A DNA stretch of 64,000 nt from Hypanus sabinus (lineage: Eukaryota): the NCBI RefSeq assembly GCF_030144855.1, contig NC_082718.1, positions 95,666,001 to 95,730,000 of the forward strand, read 5' to 3'. Of this stretch, positions 49,700 through 63,190 are shown one piece after another. The notes under the pieces were generated by a model. The model had not been told where the DNA came from. It made no database searches and was given only the letters and a program-made list of their open reading frames with translations. How positions within the stretch are numbered: position 1 is the stretch's first letter; each line of letters begins with the position of its first letter. The translations under genes were made by a program, and so were the position numbers.

Positions 49700-52017
49700 G
49701 TGTGGTCCAAGTTTCTTTAAAGTGGCACATCTGTAAGGGGCGACACGGCTGCCAGCGATCAACAATCAGGGTTAAATTCCTTTTAACGACGCGGTCTTGG
49801 CATGCTCTCAATAGCAGAAACCTTCAATGGATCAGGGTGCACACCCCCTTTGCTGATGATATCACCCATAAATTTAAGTTCAGTTACACCCAGTTGACAT
49901 TTGTCTTTATTCAACTTCAGGTTTGCCTTGCGTGTTCCCTCAAAGACTTGTCTGAGCCTGGCGTCATGCTCTTGTTTAGTTGATCCCCAAATAATAATAT
50001 CATCCATGGATGTATCTACGCCCTCAATGTCCTCATATAACACGTGAATAACTTCAGCAGCTGATGCAGTTCCAAAAGGAAGCATAAGAAAACAGTATCT
50101 GGCAAAAGGAGTGTTAAAGGTACACAATCTTGAACTCGGTTCATCTAGTTTGAGTTGCCAGAATCCAAAGGATGCATCTAATTTACTAAAATACTTTGCA
50201 TTAGCAAATGGTGACGTAATTTCTTCACGAGTGGGCAATTTGAAATGCTCTCTTTTAATGGCCCGATTCAAGTCTCTTGGATCTAAACAAATCCTCAGTT
50301 TTCAATTTTTCTTATCAATAATGACAAGTGAATTGACTCATTCAGTTGGTTCATCAATTTTTTTTATGAATCCTAGCCTTTCCATTCTGTCTAGCTCTGT
50401 TTTCAGTTGATGACATAATGCAAAAGGTACTTTTCTGCATGGATGTATTACGGGTTGCCCTGTATTGTTAATTTTAATCGAGTGCTCTCCTGGAAGACAA
50501 CCAAGCCCTATAAACAATCCTTCATACTCTTTCATCAGGTCACTGTATTCACTATCCAGAACTAAATTTCTTTTCACCAAATTAAGTCTTTCACAGGCAG
50601 ATAAACCCAGAATTGACTGTACATTTTTTGGCACGACCACAAATGAAAGTGTGTGCACAATATTTTTGTGTGATACCTTTGCCATGCATGTTCCTTTAAC
50701 TGGAATGTCTGCACCTGAATACCCAGTCACTTTTATGTTTGTCTGTTGTAACTTTGGTCTTGGCTTTAAAGCATTAAACTCAGATTCTGCAAGAATATTT
50801 ACTTGTGCTCCAGTATCCACTTTAAACAGAGTATTGTTTTGGTTCACTTGCAATGGCATAGTCCAGCCATTCTTACTTTGATTGTTTTCACAAAGCACAT
50901 CGATATAAAACTCCTCATGTTCATTTTCAAGCACAGCATTTACTTGTTTCATTTTATTTTCCTTCTTTTTACTTTTACAACAGTGTGAAAAATGATTAAT
51001 CTTATCGCAGCCATTGCAAATTTTTCCATATGCGGGGCACTGATTTGGACAATGTTCCTGTGCACAGCGATCACATGACTTTTTTCTTTCCAATGCCGTC
51101 TTGCTCTCTGTCAATATTATTATATTTCCTGATGCATTTGTGCTTTTTTTAGTGTTTACATTGCAGTTTTCGACAAAAAGCTCTTCAGTCTGCAACATCA
51201 CGGTCTCAGAAGCTTTGCAAAGCACCAAAGCTTCTTGAAAGTTTAAATCTTGCTCTCTCAACAGCCTTTCTCTCAGAGCATTATCTCGAATGCCACAAAC
51301 AAGTCTATCTTTAATGGGAGATGCCGTAAGCAATCCAAACTTGCATGTTCTACTATGCTTTCTTAACTTAGTTACATACTGATCAATTGTTTCGGCAGCT
51401 CTCTGCGCACACGTGAAGAATTTATATCGCTCCTACGTTAAAAGTACGCTTAGGTATACAAAATATTTCAAATCTGTCCATTACTGACTTTAAATTGAAA
51501 TTATCTCCATCTTCAAAGACAAAATTATTTTATACCCTACTGTGTCATTCCCGATTACATGGAGCAAAAGCGCAGCTTTGTTTTTTCCTATTTTTCTTCA
51601 TAATCGATCACCGATTATGTACAATTCAAACTGTTGCTTGAGTATCCTTCAATTCACAGCTACATTGCCAGTTAGCTGAAGTTTTGATGGGGGTTGTAAA
51701 CCTTCTACATATTTTACCATTTACAGTTCGAAATCTTTTTCTTATTTTTTTCGATTATCTTCGATTCTCGATTCTCGATTCTCCCATATTATTCTTCCAG
51801 AACCACTTCTGACACCATGTTATGTTACTTCTGTTTAAGGGTACAGTGGGTTAACAGTAAAGAATCATATTCTGGAAGAATTAGAGAACTTTTATTTACA
51901 GTAATAAACAAACACATCTTAACCCAGCCATGTGCTGGAACATTCTAGCAATCTTGCACATGCTCAGTGCTCTGCCCACTCACGTACTGGCACATCATTG
52001 CACGTGATATCACCACA
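49700..52017 (-). mobile_element. 3'-truncated Ty3/Gypsy element (5' LTR, gag, protease, RT)
   Basis: 200-bp LTR at 51818-52017 and PBS TGGTGTCAGAAGTGG (tRNA-Leu). Gag motifs IKDRLVCGI and CNGCDKINHFSHCC, protease FKVDTGAQVN, RT KLDASFGFWQ and SMDDII. Frameshifted. Confidence 0.9.
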
Positions 52018-52619
52018 AATACGTCATCCTCTGGTATATTATCCAAATACCTGGCATTCTTGTCCACAAATAGATAGTGACTGGCAGCGACTATTCCCCT
52101 GTTGCTCCCCATAGTGTACATATGTATGATTGGGGCTAGAATCCCTGAATGATTTCCCTTTATTGACAGTTACGGAACGTTGTAATTACCAGGCAAGTTG
52201 AAGGGTCTCAGTCCGAAATGTTGATTGTTCATTTATTTCCAAAGATGCTGAGTTCCTCCAGCATCTTGTGTGCATTGTTCTGGGTTTCCAGCATCTCTTG
52301 TGCTAATGAATTGCAATCAACCAATTCAACACAAACCTTGACCTATTTGGTATAGAATTATCAATGATGAAGCGAGCAGAATCTTAAATTTGTTGCCGAC
52401 CATTAGTTATTTATACCACCAAATGTTGAACAATTTTCCAGTCCAACCAATCTTTGTTGCCAGAAGTCTGATAGTAGCAACTTAATGAATTATTGATACT
52501 GTTTTAGTTTCAGCTGCATAATTGTGAAGGTTATTAACTTTGCCAGAACAGTATTGAATTCCTATTAATGTGAAAGACAATATTACATTGTCAGGAGCAA
52601 CATGAATGATTTTAAGTCA

Positions 52620-53668
52620 TTAGCTTTTTTTGATTATCTTTAGTCATACAGGCTCTATGAACCACTTTAAATTGTAAAAGAGAGTGATGCGCACAAAACA
52701 AAAAGATGTGAACAAGTTAAAAAATTTCATTCCAAGTATCCACATCAATTGAAATCTGTAGGTCCTGTCCCCAGAGATTTTTAATTTTGTCTAACGGAAT
52801 GTTTCTCATTCCCAACAACATACTATAAATATTAGAAGTAGACCCATTATGAAAAGGTTTCAGAGCAAAAATTGTATCAATTAAATTCTTACCTGGACAA
52901 TTAGGAAACGTATGAAGTTGAGAACGCAAGAAGTCTCTAATTTGTAAATATCTAATAAAACAAGCTTTACTAAGATTATATTTAATAGATAGTTGATCTA
53001 ATGAGAAAAGACTATCTCCAAGAAACAGATCCTGAAAACACTTAATACCTAGTCTATTCCACTCTTTAAAAACTACATCAAACAACATCAAACTACATCA
53101 AACTACATCAAACAAACAAAAAAATTTTAAAAATGGGACTAGAGAGTGAAAAACCAAATATTCCAAAGAATTTTCTAAATTATAACCAAATCCTCAAAGA
53201 ACGTTTAACTACATAATTATCAGTTAAATTACTTAAGGATAGAGGAATTGAAGAACCAAGAAGAGAAATAATAGAAAATTTATTAACAGAATTAACTTCT
53301 GAAGAAACCCAAACCAGACAGTCATCACAATTAATATAACCAAAACGTAAGGTAGTTTATGTTGATTGCCCAGTAGTAAAACCTAAAATTGGGTAGGGCT
53401 AATCCCCCGTTTTTTTTTAATTTTCTGAAAATGAACTTTGTTTAATCGGGGGGTTTTATTCTTCCATAAATAAGAAAATATAATCGAGACTAAAGAGTCA
53501 AAAAAGGATTTAGGAATAAAAACAGGTAGGGCTTGAAATAAATATAAAAATTTAGGAAAAATATTCATTTTAGTAGAATTGATATGTCCAATCAGCGATA
53601 AAGAAAGTGGAGACCAGTTTGATAGTACCTTCTTAACATATTCCAAAAGTGAGATAAAGCATTTTCAA
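52620..53668 (-). mobile_element. L1 ORF2 internal fragment
   Basis: WSPLSLSLIGHINSTKMNIFPKFLYLFQ and FIRYLQIRDF. Confidence 0.8.
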
Positions 53669-53719
53669 GTCCCTTGGGCATCACCAGTTTAGAAGATCTT
53701 TCCTGGGCAATCATGACAA

Positions 53720-54150
53720 TGGCTCGTCAGTGGTATACTTCATCAGGAGATTGAGGATACTCAGTCAGACTCAGAAGCCTCTAGCGAATTTCTACGGATG
53801 TACTACGGAGAGTGTTCTAATTGATTGCATCACTGATAGGTATGGAGGCACCAACGCACAGGATCGTAAGAGGCTTCATAGGGCTGTGGAGACAGCCAGC
53901 TCCATCAAGGGTATAAGATTCCTCACCATTGAGGACATCTTCTGAAGTCAATGCCTCAGGAAGGCCGGACCCACCATTAAATGTCTCACCATCTTCAGTA
54001 CGCACTTTTCTCATTACTGCCATCAGGGAGGAGCTACTGGAACTTAATATGCACACTCTTCCCCAATGCCTTCAGATTTCTGAATGGTCCATGAACACTA
54101 CATCACTACTTCTCTTTTGCATTATTTATTTATTTTTACTGTAACTGAAA
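53720..54150 (+). mobile_element. Degenerate L2-type 3' fragment
   Basis: YFIRRLR...NFYGCTTESVL motif. Confidence 0.65.
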
Positions 54151-54328
54151 ATGATTGTGCGGCTGCAATGCATGACTAACGTGTGTCCATTGTTTTCAAT
54201 ACAATTAGCACACCACTCATAATGAATCAGAATCAGGTTTATTATCACCAGCATGTGTCGTCAAATTTGTTAACTTACCAGCAGCAGTTCAATGCGATAC
54301 ATAATCTAGCAGAGAGAAAAAAATAATA

Positions 54329-54330
<2 letters not shown>

Positions 54331-54358
<28 letters not shown>
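54331..54358 (+). repeat. (TCAA)7 microsatellite
   Basis: Seen directly in the sequence. Confidence 0.9.
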
Positions 54359-54359
<1 letters not shown>

Positions 54360-54965
54360 TATAGTACATGTATAGTACATGTATATTGAATATATTAAAA
54401 ATCATGCAAAAACAGAAATAATATATATTAATAAGTGAGGATGTATTGCCTGGTTTTTTCCTCATCTTCCTTCACTCACTTATTTCACAATGTTTACAAA
54501 GAATTTTAAATTTATCAGCCTGCATGAATAGGATTTAATAATAAGTGGTAAATGAAAAACTTATTTCTCACCCTGTGCTTCTTTGCGAGTAAGATGTCCC
54601 TCTGATTCAGACAACATTTCAATGATGAAAGTATATTGCAACCCTTTCAGATGTTACAACCCAAGTGTGACTTTAATCCCATCTGACAGCAGAATTGTCA
54701 ACATTCACCTGTAAGGTCATGAGCCAAAGCTAGAAATATACACGAGACTTATTAGAACTTAAAATATTGCCGCTGAACATTTAAGGTATGAAACTGATTT
54801 GAAGACTGTCCATTAAGCAGTCTTATAAAAAATGCAACAAAAAATATGATTTACTTTTAAATTAATTAAATGGCGCTGCTATGTACTGTATATTTTGAAA
54901 TTAATGAATTTGATATTTGGAAATTTTGGAAACAAACTTCTAGTTACAATGAAGTTCCTACAGAT

Positions 54966-55044
54966 CAGAATTCCCAACCTGGGGTCCTCTGACCCCTTGG
55001 TTAATGGTAGGGGTTCCTGACATCAAAAAGGTTGGGAACCCCAG
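54966..55044. mobile_element. hAT MITE, same family as 25320-25398
   Basis: TTCCCAACC / GGTTGGGAA inverted ends. 8-bp TSD ctacagat / ctgcagat. Confidence 0.75.
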
Positions 55045-55829
55045 CTGCAGATAAAGAAGATACTTAGAATTGGGCAATTGAAGCTCCAAGCAGAGGATGT
55101 CCATGAAAGATGTGCACCGTCCTAGGCATTATCTAGAGTATGATTCTATGGTATATCAAAATCATGAGAATTCTTCATGCACTAAAACTATACATATAGT
55201 GGAAAGTCCAAAGAATTATAATTTTGGATTCTGTAATAAACCTGCTCAACAGCATCACAAGCAATAAAATTAAATATCAATTGAGGGAGGTAAATGAGTC
55301 TTAAGTTAGGAAAATAATTGTATTGTTTACAAAACAGACATTTTCTGCTGCAGAAATTGTGACAGTAAAGAATAATAGTAGAGTTTCCACCATTAAAATA
55401 TGTCCACATCGCTAACCGTAATCTCACCCTTTTCAATGACATGCAGAAAATATTACTATATCTGAACTACTCACGTTACCAAGAAATATGGCATGTATTC
55501 CATTTAAGTCAAAGAATCTAAAAATATTGTGAAGAGCCATTATGGCATTTCAACTCTTTCACTCAATTTCTTTTTAATAATAGATGGCAATGCTGAATAT
55601 TGTATGACTTGCTGGAGTGGTCCCAAAAGGAAATAATTTAATTTTCTCACAATATAGCTTTTGCAGATGTGGACCCCAACCAATGAAGTAATAATGCTTG
55701 AACTTTCTATAACAATTTTAAAACATTGTTTTCCATCTTACGTTTGATGTAAATCCTTTCATGCAGAACAGAGATCTTTTAAATGAGCACAAGCCCACTT
55801 CCTCCAAGTTAGCACAAGGAAACAGATAT

Positions 55830-58800
55830 TTGAGAGAGGAGGGAGGTGGGGATATGTCTCTACCAAAGGAGGTGTAAGGCACTCCTTCCCTCTGCTAACC
55901 TGCAGGTCACTCTTGGGCAAGGTGTAGCACCTGCTACCCGTGAAGCCATGAGAGCAGGTGGCGGGTGATCAGCTGGTTCATATCACGTCCTGGTTATGTG
56001 ACCACTGACACCAGACAGACAATCTCTGAAAAGTATTGATAATGGCCATAATCAAGACCTGTATATTCTTAGACAATACAAAACACATGTTTCAGTTTTG
56101 AAGACTAATTACAGCACTAATTCCTGCAACTAAGAAATCACAAGTTAATGTGTTGGTTTATTGGAGGTTTGGGTGATGCAAGTCATGAACCTTTACGATA
56201 GAGCAATTCATTAAAAAATAGATGAAATCCAATCTGTTGTGAAGATGTACATAACAAGTGTCTGGATCAAGGTCTCTTTGGGGGGGCTTTTGCTGTTGCT
56301 TGCATGGTGAGGGGGCAGGGTTTTCAATGTTTCTGCGGGAAAAAGTAGTGGCGGGAGAGAAGGTTGATGCTTGTATGAAGGGTAGGGGGAGGGGGGCTTC
56401 AGGGCTTCAATGTTTCTATCATTCATTCTAAGGAGCTTCTTGTTTCAGTGGATGTCTGTGAAGAGTATGAATTTCAGGTTGTACACTGTATACATTCGCT
56501 GATATTAAATGAACCCTTGAACTGAGGGCTTCCTACTTTCCCCGGTATTTTGTTTAACCATCTGAAAATTATTTTTTTTATTTTAAAAGGCAAAACAGCT
56601 GTATTCCATTCAGATTGGTTCAGTCACTACATAAACAAATCAAAAGAGAAAAGGTGACACAGTTTGAACAGAATTAACAAAGTAACAATCCTGAGTGTCA
56701 ATAACATTGGGGAGCCATGGGTTATCAAATGATTTATTCATTAAAAGACTCTTTACAAGGCCTGTAGTTATCTTCTATCCATCTATTATACATGATCTTA
56801 CTCAACATTCCTGTGAAATCACACTTATTTTTCTCCAGGCATCTCATTAAAATTTATTGATTGTTGTCCCAATGGATTAGTGAGGTTATCTTGTAAGCAG
56901 CAAAACTGTCCAAATGAAGAAAGACTCGGTTCCAGTTTTTGGTCTGTGCTGTGTTAACTCTACCCAACTTGGACAAAAGTTTGCCTTGAACCCAACTTGA
57001 AAAGTTTGGGATGAAATCTGTGACCAAGGTTGTGTGGTTACAAATGAGTGTCTAGGTTTATAAAGCAAACCAAGACACAACTCTAATCAGTAGTAATACT
57101 ATTCCCAACCAACTGATACTAATTATTGTGGCTCCCAGATAAATAAATGCCACTTGAATTGGGTGATGAAAGATGGCCAAGACCGAAGAAATCAATAATT
57201 TGAGGAAGCATAGGGATGGTTTGGGAAAGGGTAGTGTTTTTAAAATTCGTGTCTGGGATGTGGGCATTGGCTTCTTCTACCCTTTTTGTCCACTATGCCA
57301 CTGGTGTTTAGAGCAGCAGTGATGGTCCTCTATCTCTGGCAGTGTTCATGGCTTCCTTCATTGTGTCAGTAGTTTCCTTGCAGTTTACCATCAGTCATGC
57401 AAGGTTTGGGTGAAGACTCAGGAATACCATCGCGCACAGATGTAGAAGGATTCTTCATTGCTGTTTCTGTAACAGTTCTGTTTGGCCAGTCAGTGTTGTT
57501 AGCTCTGAGCTGAACCCCCGAACCTGGAGGACTGGTGAACCTCTCTTAGTCTGGCCTCTGCCCTTTGACCTGTTGGAATGGGTGACCCTACCAAGAACCA
57601 AAGCATAAAGCCCTGACTCCAGTCAACATAGCTCTCTGGGTCATTGAGGCACATAAGCCTCCAAACCGTGAAAAGGTAGTGGTCCTCTAGGAGGATGGGT
57701 GTCTAAACCATCCTTATTTACCCATGAGAAGATCTGATGGGCTACTCTTAACCTGCTGGGAAGGGAGTTCCAGCATTAAGATAAGTTACAATGACTGAAC
57801 ACTGATATACAGTATTTCTATGTCAGTATGTGTGACTTGAAAGGGAACCTTTAAGTGGTGGTGTTCCTGTGCACCTGCTGCCCTTATCCTTGTTGGTGGT
57901 AGAGGTTGAGGGTTTGGGAAGTGCTGTTGGAATAGCTTAGGCAGAGCATTTTGTAGACGATACATACTAAAGCAGGTGGCAGGATGGAGATGTGCCTCTG
58001 CCATAGGAGATGCAAGGCGCTCCTTCCCTCTGCTAGCCTGCAGGTCACCCTTGGGAAAGATGTAGCACCCGCTTAGCCCTCTCGATCAAGGTTACATAAA
58101 GCCATGGGAGCAGGTCGTATGAGCAGCTACTACATATCACAAGTCCTGGTTATGCGACCACTGACACCAAGCAGACAATCTCTGAAGAGTCTTGAGAACG
58201 GCTGGCGTCACCCATCTTGTAAAGATACTGATGACCAGAAGAAGGCAATAGCAAACCACTTCTGTAGAAAAGTTTGCCAAGAACAATCATGGTAATGAGA
58301 CCATGTTCGTCTACATCATACAACACGGTACATAATGATGATGTCATATGACACGGCACATAATGATGATGATATGACTTCTGGAAGTATTCATGAGCAG
58401 TCAATGAAAAGTATCTGCATTTTCATTGGTGGGATTGCATAATATTCCTGCTTATTAGCTTGTATTTAATTCATTGTTTCAACTACACCAAATTAGCACT
58501 TCACTTCTAAGCTTTCTTGGAGCTGTTCCTAATATGGCTCCTTGCCGAACCACTGTTGCTCCTTCATTTTAATTGCAACAGTAGAATGAGTGGAAGCTGG
58601 GCTATCATATTACTTATTGTGATGGTATATGCCTTTGGTGCTACTGAAAAATGCCACACAACGCAATTTTATTTTCTTTACTGCCTTTAAGGCAGCAATG
58701 AAGGTCCTTCATCTCTAGTGGTGTTCAGAGCTTCCTTCATCGTGTCAGTAGCTTCCTCTCAGTTTTCACTACCATCAGTCATGCAAGTCCTAGGTAGAGA

Positions 58801-59085
58801 CTCAGGAATACTGTTGCACTCAGATGCAGAAGGATTCTTCATTGCCTTTTTTCCGTAACAATTCTGTTTTACCAGTCAGGGTTGTTAGCCCTGAGCTGAA
58901 CCCTCTAACCTGGAGGACCGGTGGACCGCACTCAGCCTGGCCTCTACCCTTTGACCTGTTTGGTATGGGTGACCCTGCCAAGATGCAAATATAAAGCCCT
59001 GTCTCCAGCCAGCATAGTGCACTGGGTCATTAAGGCACGCAAGCCTCCAGCCCACAAAAAGGTTGTGGTCCTCTTAGAGGGCACA
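55830..59085. mobile_element. Cluster of RTE-derived short repeats (about 55830-56050 +, 57270-57700 -, 57980-58375 +, 58680-59085 -)
   Basis: Two pairs of mutually similar copies, one with a GAT-repeat tail at about 58365. Family assignment is tentative. Confidence 0.55.
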
Positions 59086-59403
59086 ACACAATGGAACATA
59101 TTTTCAGTGTGAAAATGAGGCAAGGAACTTTGTTTTATGTCACTTGGTCAATTTTCTACCCACATTGCTGTAACCTCCTTGTTTCATAGACTTCAGTTTT
59201 GATGACAAGCCTATTATATGGCACCTTATCAAATGCCCTTTGGAGGTCTGTAGATAATTCATTTCTGTTAACAAACGTTTCTACTACTTCATCAGAGAAA
59301 AACTATTCAGTTAGTTTACCTTAAGTAAATCCATGCTGGCTTCTCTAATCAAATCCACCTTGTACAGGTAACTGCTATTTCTCCCGATTATAGTTTCTGC
59401 AAC

Positions 59404-59690
59404 TTACTTTACACCAAGGTCAAGCTGGTTGAAAAAAGGTAATAGGGAAGTCATTTCCTCAACTGTTTTTGACCTGATGCCTTGTGATTTCTTCTCCGCT
59501 TCTCCACGACACTGTTTCATCTCCTCAGAATGGACTAACCTGCCAGTGGTGAGGATTTCAATGGTGGGGCTCAGCACATTGTCTGTAAAGCGTGATGTTA
59601 TTTCTGCAACAACAACAACAAGCTGTGGCTTGACTAACCTTTGGGACAGATCTCTCAGTTTAGACACCAATTCCCCAATGTTCATCTAGG
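59404..59690 (-). mobile_element. Possible L1 ORF1 coiled-coil fragment
   Basis: EAEKKSQGIRSKTVE resembles the L1 ORF1p EAE.RIS..ED pattern. Weak. Confidence 0.35.
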
Positions 59691-59979
59691 GAATTTTTAC
59701 AGAATTAACCGGGCCAAGAGAAAATTTGTTGCGTTTAAGTTCAGAGCCTGAATTGGTGCTCAGTGATATGTCTGGCTTTATTCTTTCTCTGCACGAAAAT
59801 GCTGATTTTGATACAACTGAGTGGCACAATTAGTCATTTAATGGGTCAATCGCACTGCTTGGTTCTGGAGTTGCTAAAAGGCTAGACTGAGCAAGTGTGG
59901 CAGATTTCTTCTTCACATAACCAGTTGGATTTGTGCTATAATCTAATAAGTTTTTGATCATCAGTTATAAGACACCTTT

Positions 59980-61398
59980 TCTTTTTTCTTTCTTTCTTTT
60001 TTTTAACAATATTTTTATTCAGAAGAAAAAAAAGATTTACAGAGTGCAACACATAGATACATCTCAACATAACTTGTGTACATTCATATATGGTAATAAA
60101 ATTGATCAAAATGTTATAGCATAACACATAAAGGTATATCACTCTGTAATCAAAAATTTAAAGATAGGTCATATATCATAAAAGAAATTTTTTATATATA
60201 TAAAAAAGTCAACCCCCTACCAACTACCAAAGAAAAAAGCTGATGGATGATAATGAATAATTAGAAAAAAAAACATATTCACTTAAGAAGAGAAGATAAA
60301 AATATACATAAAAGTTTGTGCACTGTTAAACTTTATAAATTGGAAAAGTAATTTAGGAAAGGTCTCCAAATATCATAAAAAGATTGTTTTGAATTTAAGA
60401 CTGAGCAGCAGATCTTTTCTAAATTTAAATACGACATAATATCACGTAGCCATTGAAGATGTGTAGGAGGGGTAGACTCCTTCCATTTAAGCAAGATTGC
60501 TCTTCGTGCTAAAAGAGAGGTAAAAACTAAAACCTGTAGGTTAGGAGTATTTAAAGTTATATCTTCAGTTGCAATAATACCAAACAAGGCAGTAAGGGGA
60601 TTTGGGTCAAATTGGACCCTAAAAAGTTGAGAGAAGGTATGAAATACTTCCCGCCAAAACTTTTCAATTGTAGGGCAAAACCAAAACATATGAATTAAAG
60701 AGGCATCAGCAGAGTTGCATTTATTACAAAGTGGAGAAACATTCGGGTGAAAACTGGAGAGCTTCTGTTTAGAAATGTAAGCTCTATGAACCACTTTAAA
60801 TTGTAGAAGAGAATGACGAGCACAGAAAGATGATTTATTAACCCGTATAAGAATTTTATTCCATCTATCATCAGAAATTTGACAATTTAGGTCATCCTCC
60901 CAAGCTTTTTTTATTTTATCTAAAAAGTTTTGTCTAGAATCAATCAACAAGTTATAGATACCGGTAATAGAACCATTAACAAAAGATTTTAAATTTAAAA
61001 GATTGTCCAGTAAATTTTTATCAGGACCTATAGGAAAAGTAGCTAATTGGAAACATAGAAAATCTCTGATTTAAAGGTATCTGTAAAAATGTGAGTTTGG
61101 GAGTGCAAATTTATTTGACAACTGGTCAAATGGAGCAAGAGGTCCTGAGATAAACAGGTCCCAAAAACACTTAATACCTAATTCATCCTAATCCTTAAAG
61201 ACTTTATCAGTCATGGAAGGGATTAAAAAAAATAATTAAGGAGAATGGGAGATGATAATGAAAAATTCGCTAAACCAAAAAATTTTCTAAATTGAGACCA
61301 GATCCTTAAAGTTTGCTTAACAATTATGTTATCTGTTGTTTTAATTGCTGAAAAAGAAGAGTATGATCCAAGAAGAGAGACAATAGAGGAATAGAGGA
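59980..61398 (-). mobile_element. 5'-truncated L1 LINE
   Basis: ORF2 C-terminus LLQFKVVHRAY...CNKC...HMFWFC. A-rich tail. 13-bp TSD ataagacaccttt at 59967-59979 and 61399-61411 at a TTT/AAAA site. Confidence 0.9.
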
Positions 61399-62469
61399 AT
61401 AAGACACCTTTAAAATACTAGATTTTCAATCTGAAGTTGAAGTTCACAACTGCCATGGAGGGATTTGAACTTTTCCTGGGTCTCTAGTGCTGATGGTCCC
61501 TGATATATATATTTTTAACTTAAAAGATCTGTTTATTTTCATGTCCCATAAATTCAAGGTAGAAGATCAGCAATAAACTATTGAATGTAGGAACTAGTTT
61601 GAGAGGCCAAATGGCCTCCTGTTCTAATTGCCTATTCTCTTAACAGTCAAATAAATGACAAAACAAAACATTAAAAGACTTAGTTCATGAGGAGTACTGT
61701 AACCCTGGGGAAATGATTAATGCATACAAAGAAAATAAGGCAGAAGTTATTTTCTACTGATATTGCTCTCAGCATATCTCACACACTCGTTAATGTTGTA
61801 GCCAAGAAAAGGAAGGTCAATATTTTATCAATTCACAAAGCATCAACAGCTACAAAAACAATGAAGCCCTTTATAATTAGAAACATAGCTAACTAATTCT
61901 GGTAGTGTTTCCATTTACCTGCAAGGGAGTAAGACATCTCCCACCAGTAAAGCTACCTGTGTGCCTCAAACTACAGTTCACGTGTTGCCATGGAGATAAG
62001 GTCTTTAATGAGACTGAAATAGAAAACCAACTGCATGTTCTACTGCAAACAGTAATTCAAGTAGTACATTAACTCTGGTTAAAATCTGGAATAACAGAAA
62101 ATGTGCTATGACTATAAAATATCACAGAATATGTAAAAAAGTAGGAAATTTAAGAATATGGAGTCCAATTATCAATAAAAGACTTTTTACAGGAGCTTGC
62201 AGAAATTATGCTGTACTCTCTGTAAGTTACAAGCACCTAATACCCCTGGAGTAATCAATAGTGTCATCCAAAATGGTGGCTGAAATAGCACAGATCTGGT
62301 AGATCTTTGGAACACCACATAAACTTTAGCAGCAACTGAGATCTGAAAGCCTCTCTCTCAATAGGCAAGGGTTTGCATGTTTCTGTGCCAACCGAGGAAA
62401 TGCGAAGAGCTCATGGGAAATCAGAAGCCACAAACTTGTGGGGGATTGAAGGCCAGCAGCAAGCATACC

Positions 62470-62589
62470 ATATCAGAATCAGGATCAGAATCAAGTTTAA
62501 TATCACTGGCATCTGCCATGAAACTTGTTAACTTTGTGACAGGATTACAATGATGTGCATGATAAACATAGAAGAAAATTGAAGTACAG

Positions 62590-62679
<90 letters not shown>

Positions 62680-63190
62680 TAAGTTAAGGTAAGTAGTGAG
62701 GTCATTTTTATGGATTCAGTGTCTATTTAGGAATCAGATGGCAGAAGGGAAGAAGCTGTTCCTGAATCACTGAGTGTGTGCCTTCAGGCTTCTGTACACC
62801 CCTCCCTGATGGTAACAATGAGAAGAGGGCATGTCCTGGGTGATGGGGGATCCTTAATAATGGAAGCCGTTTTTCTGAGGCACTGCTTCTTGAAGATGCC
62901 TTGGATACCATGGAGGCTCGTACCCATGATGTTGCTGACTAATTTTGCAACTCTCTGCAGCTTACTGCAATCCTGTGCAGTAGCTCCCCCCATACCAGAT
63001 GATGATGCAGCCAGTCAGAATGCTCTCCATAGTACATCTGTAGAAGTTTTCAAGTATTTTAGGCAACAAACCAAATCTCCTCAAACTCCTGATGAAATAT
63101 AGCTGGTGTCTTGCCTTCCTTATAGCTGCATCAATATTTTGGAACCAGCTTAGATCCTCAGAGATATTGACACCCAGGAACTTGAAATTG
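62470..63190 (-). mobile_element. L2-type LINE 3' end, followed by a Penelope pseudo-LTR piece (about 63190-63290)
   Basis: FKFLGVNISEDLSW...LYFIRSLRRFG motif and a TCTGAT-repeat tail. Confidence 0.8.
62591..62673 (+). repeat. (TG)41 microsatellite
   Basis: Perfect 83-bp TG run. Confidence 0.98.

Noticed and set aside
61984-61997. RFX X-box-like GTTGCCATGGAGAT (similar motif near 48440)
   Set aside because: Isolated imperfect motifs without promoter context. They cannot be distinguished from chance.
62421-62705. His-Thr repeat ORF
   Set aside because: Translation of the (TG)n microsatellite.
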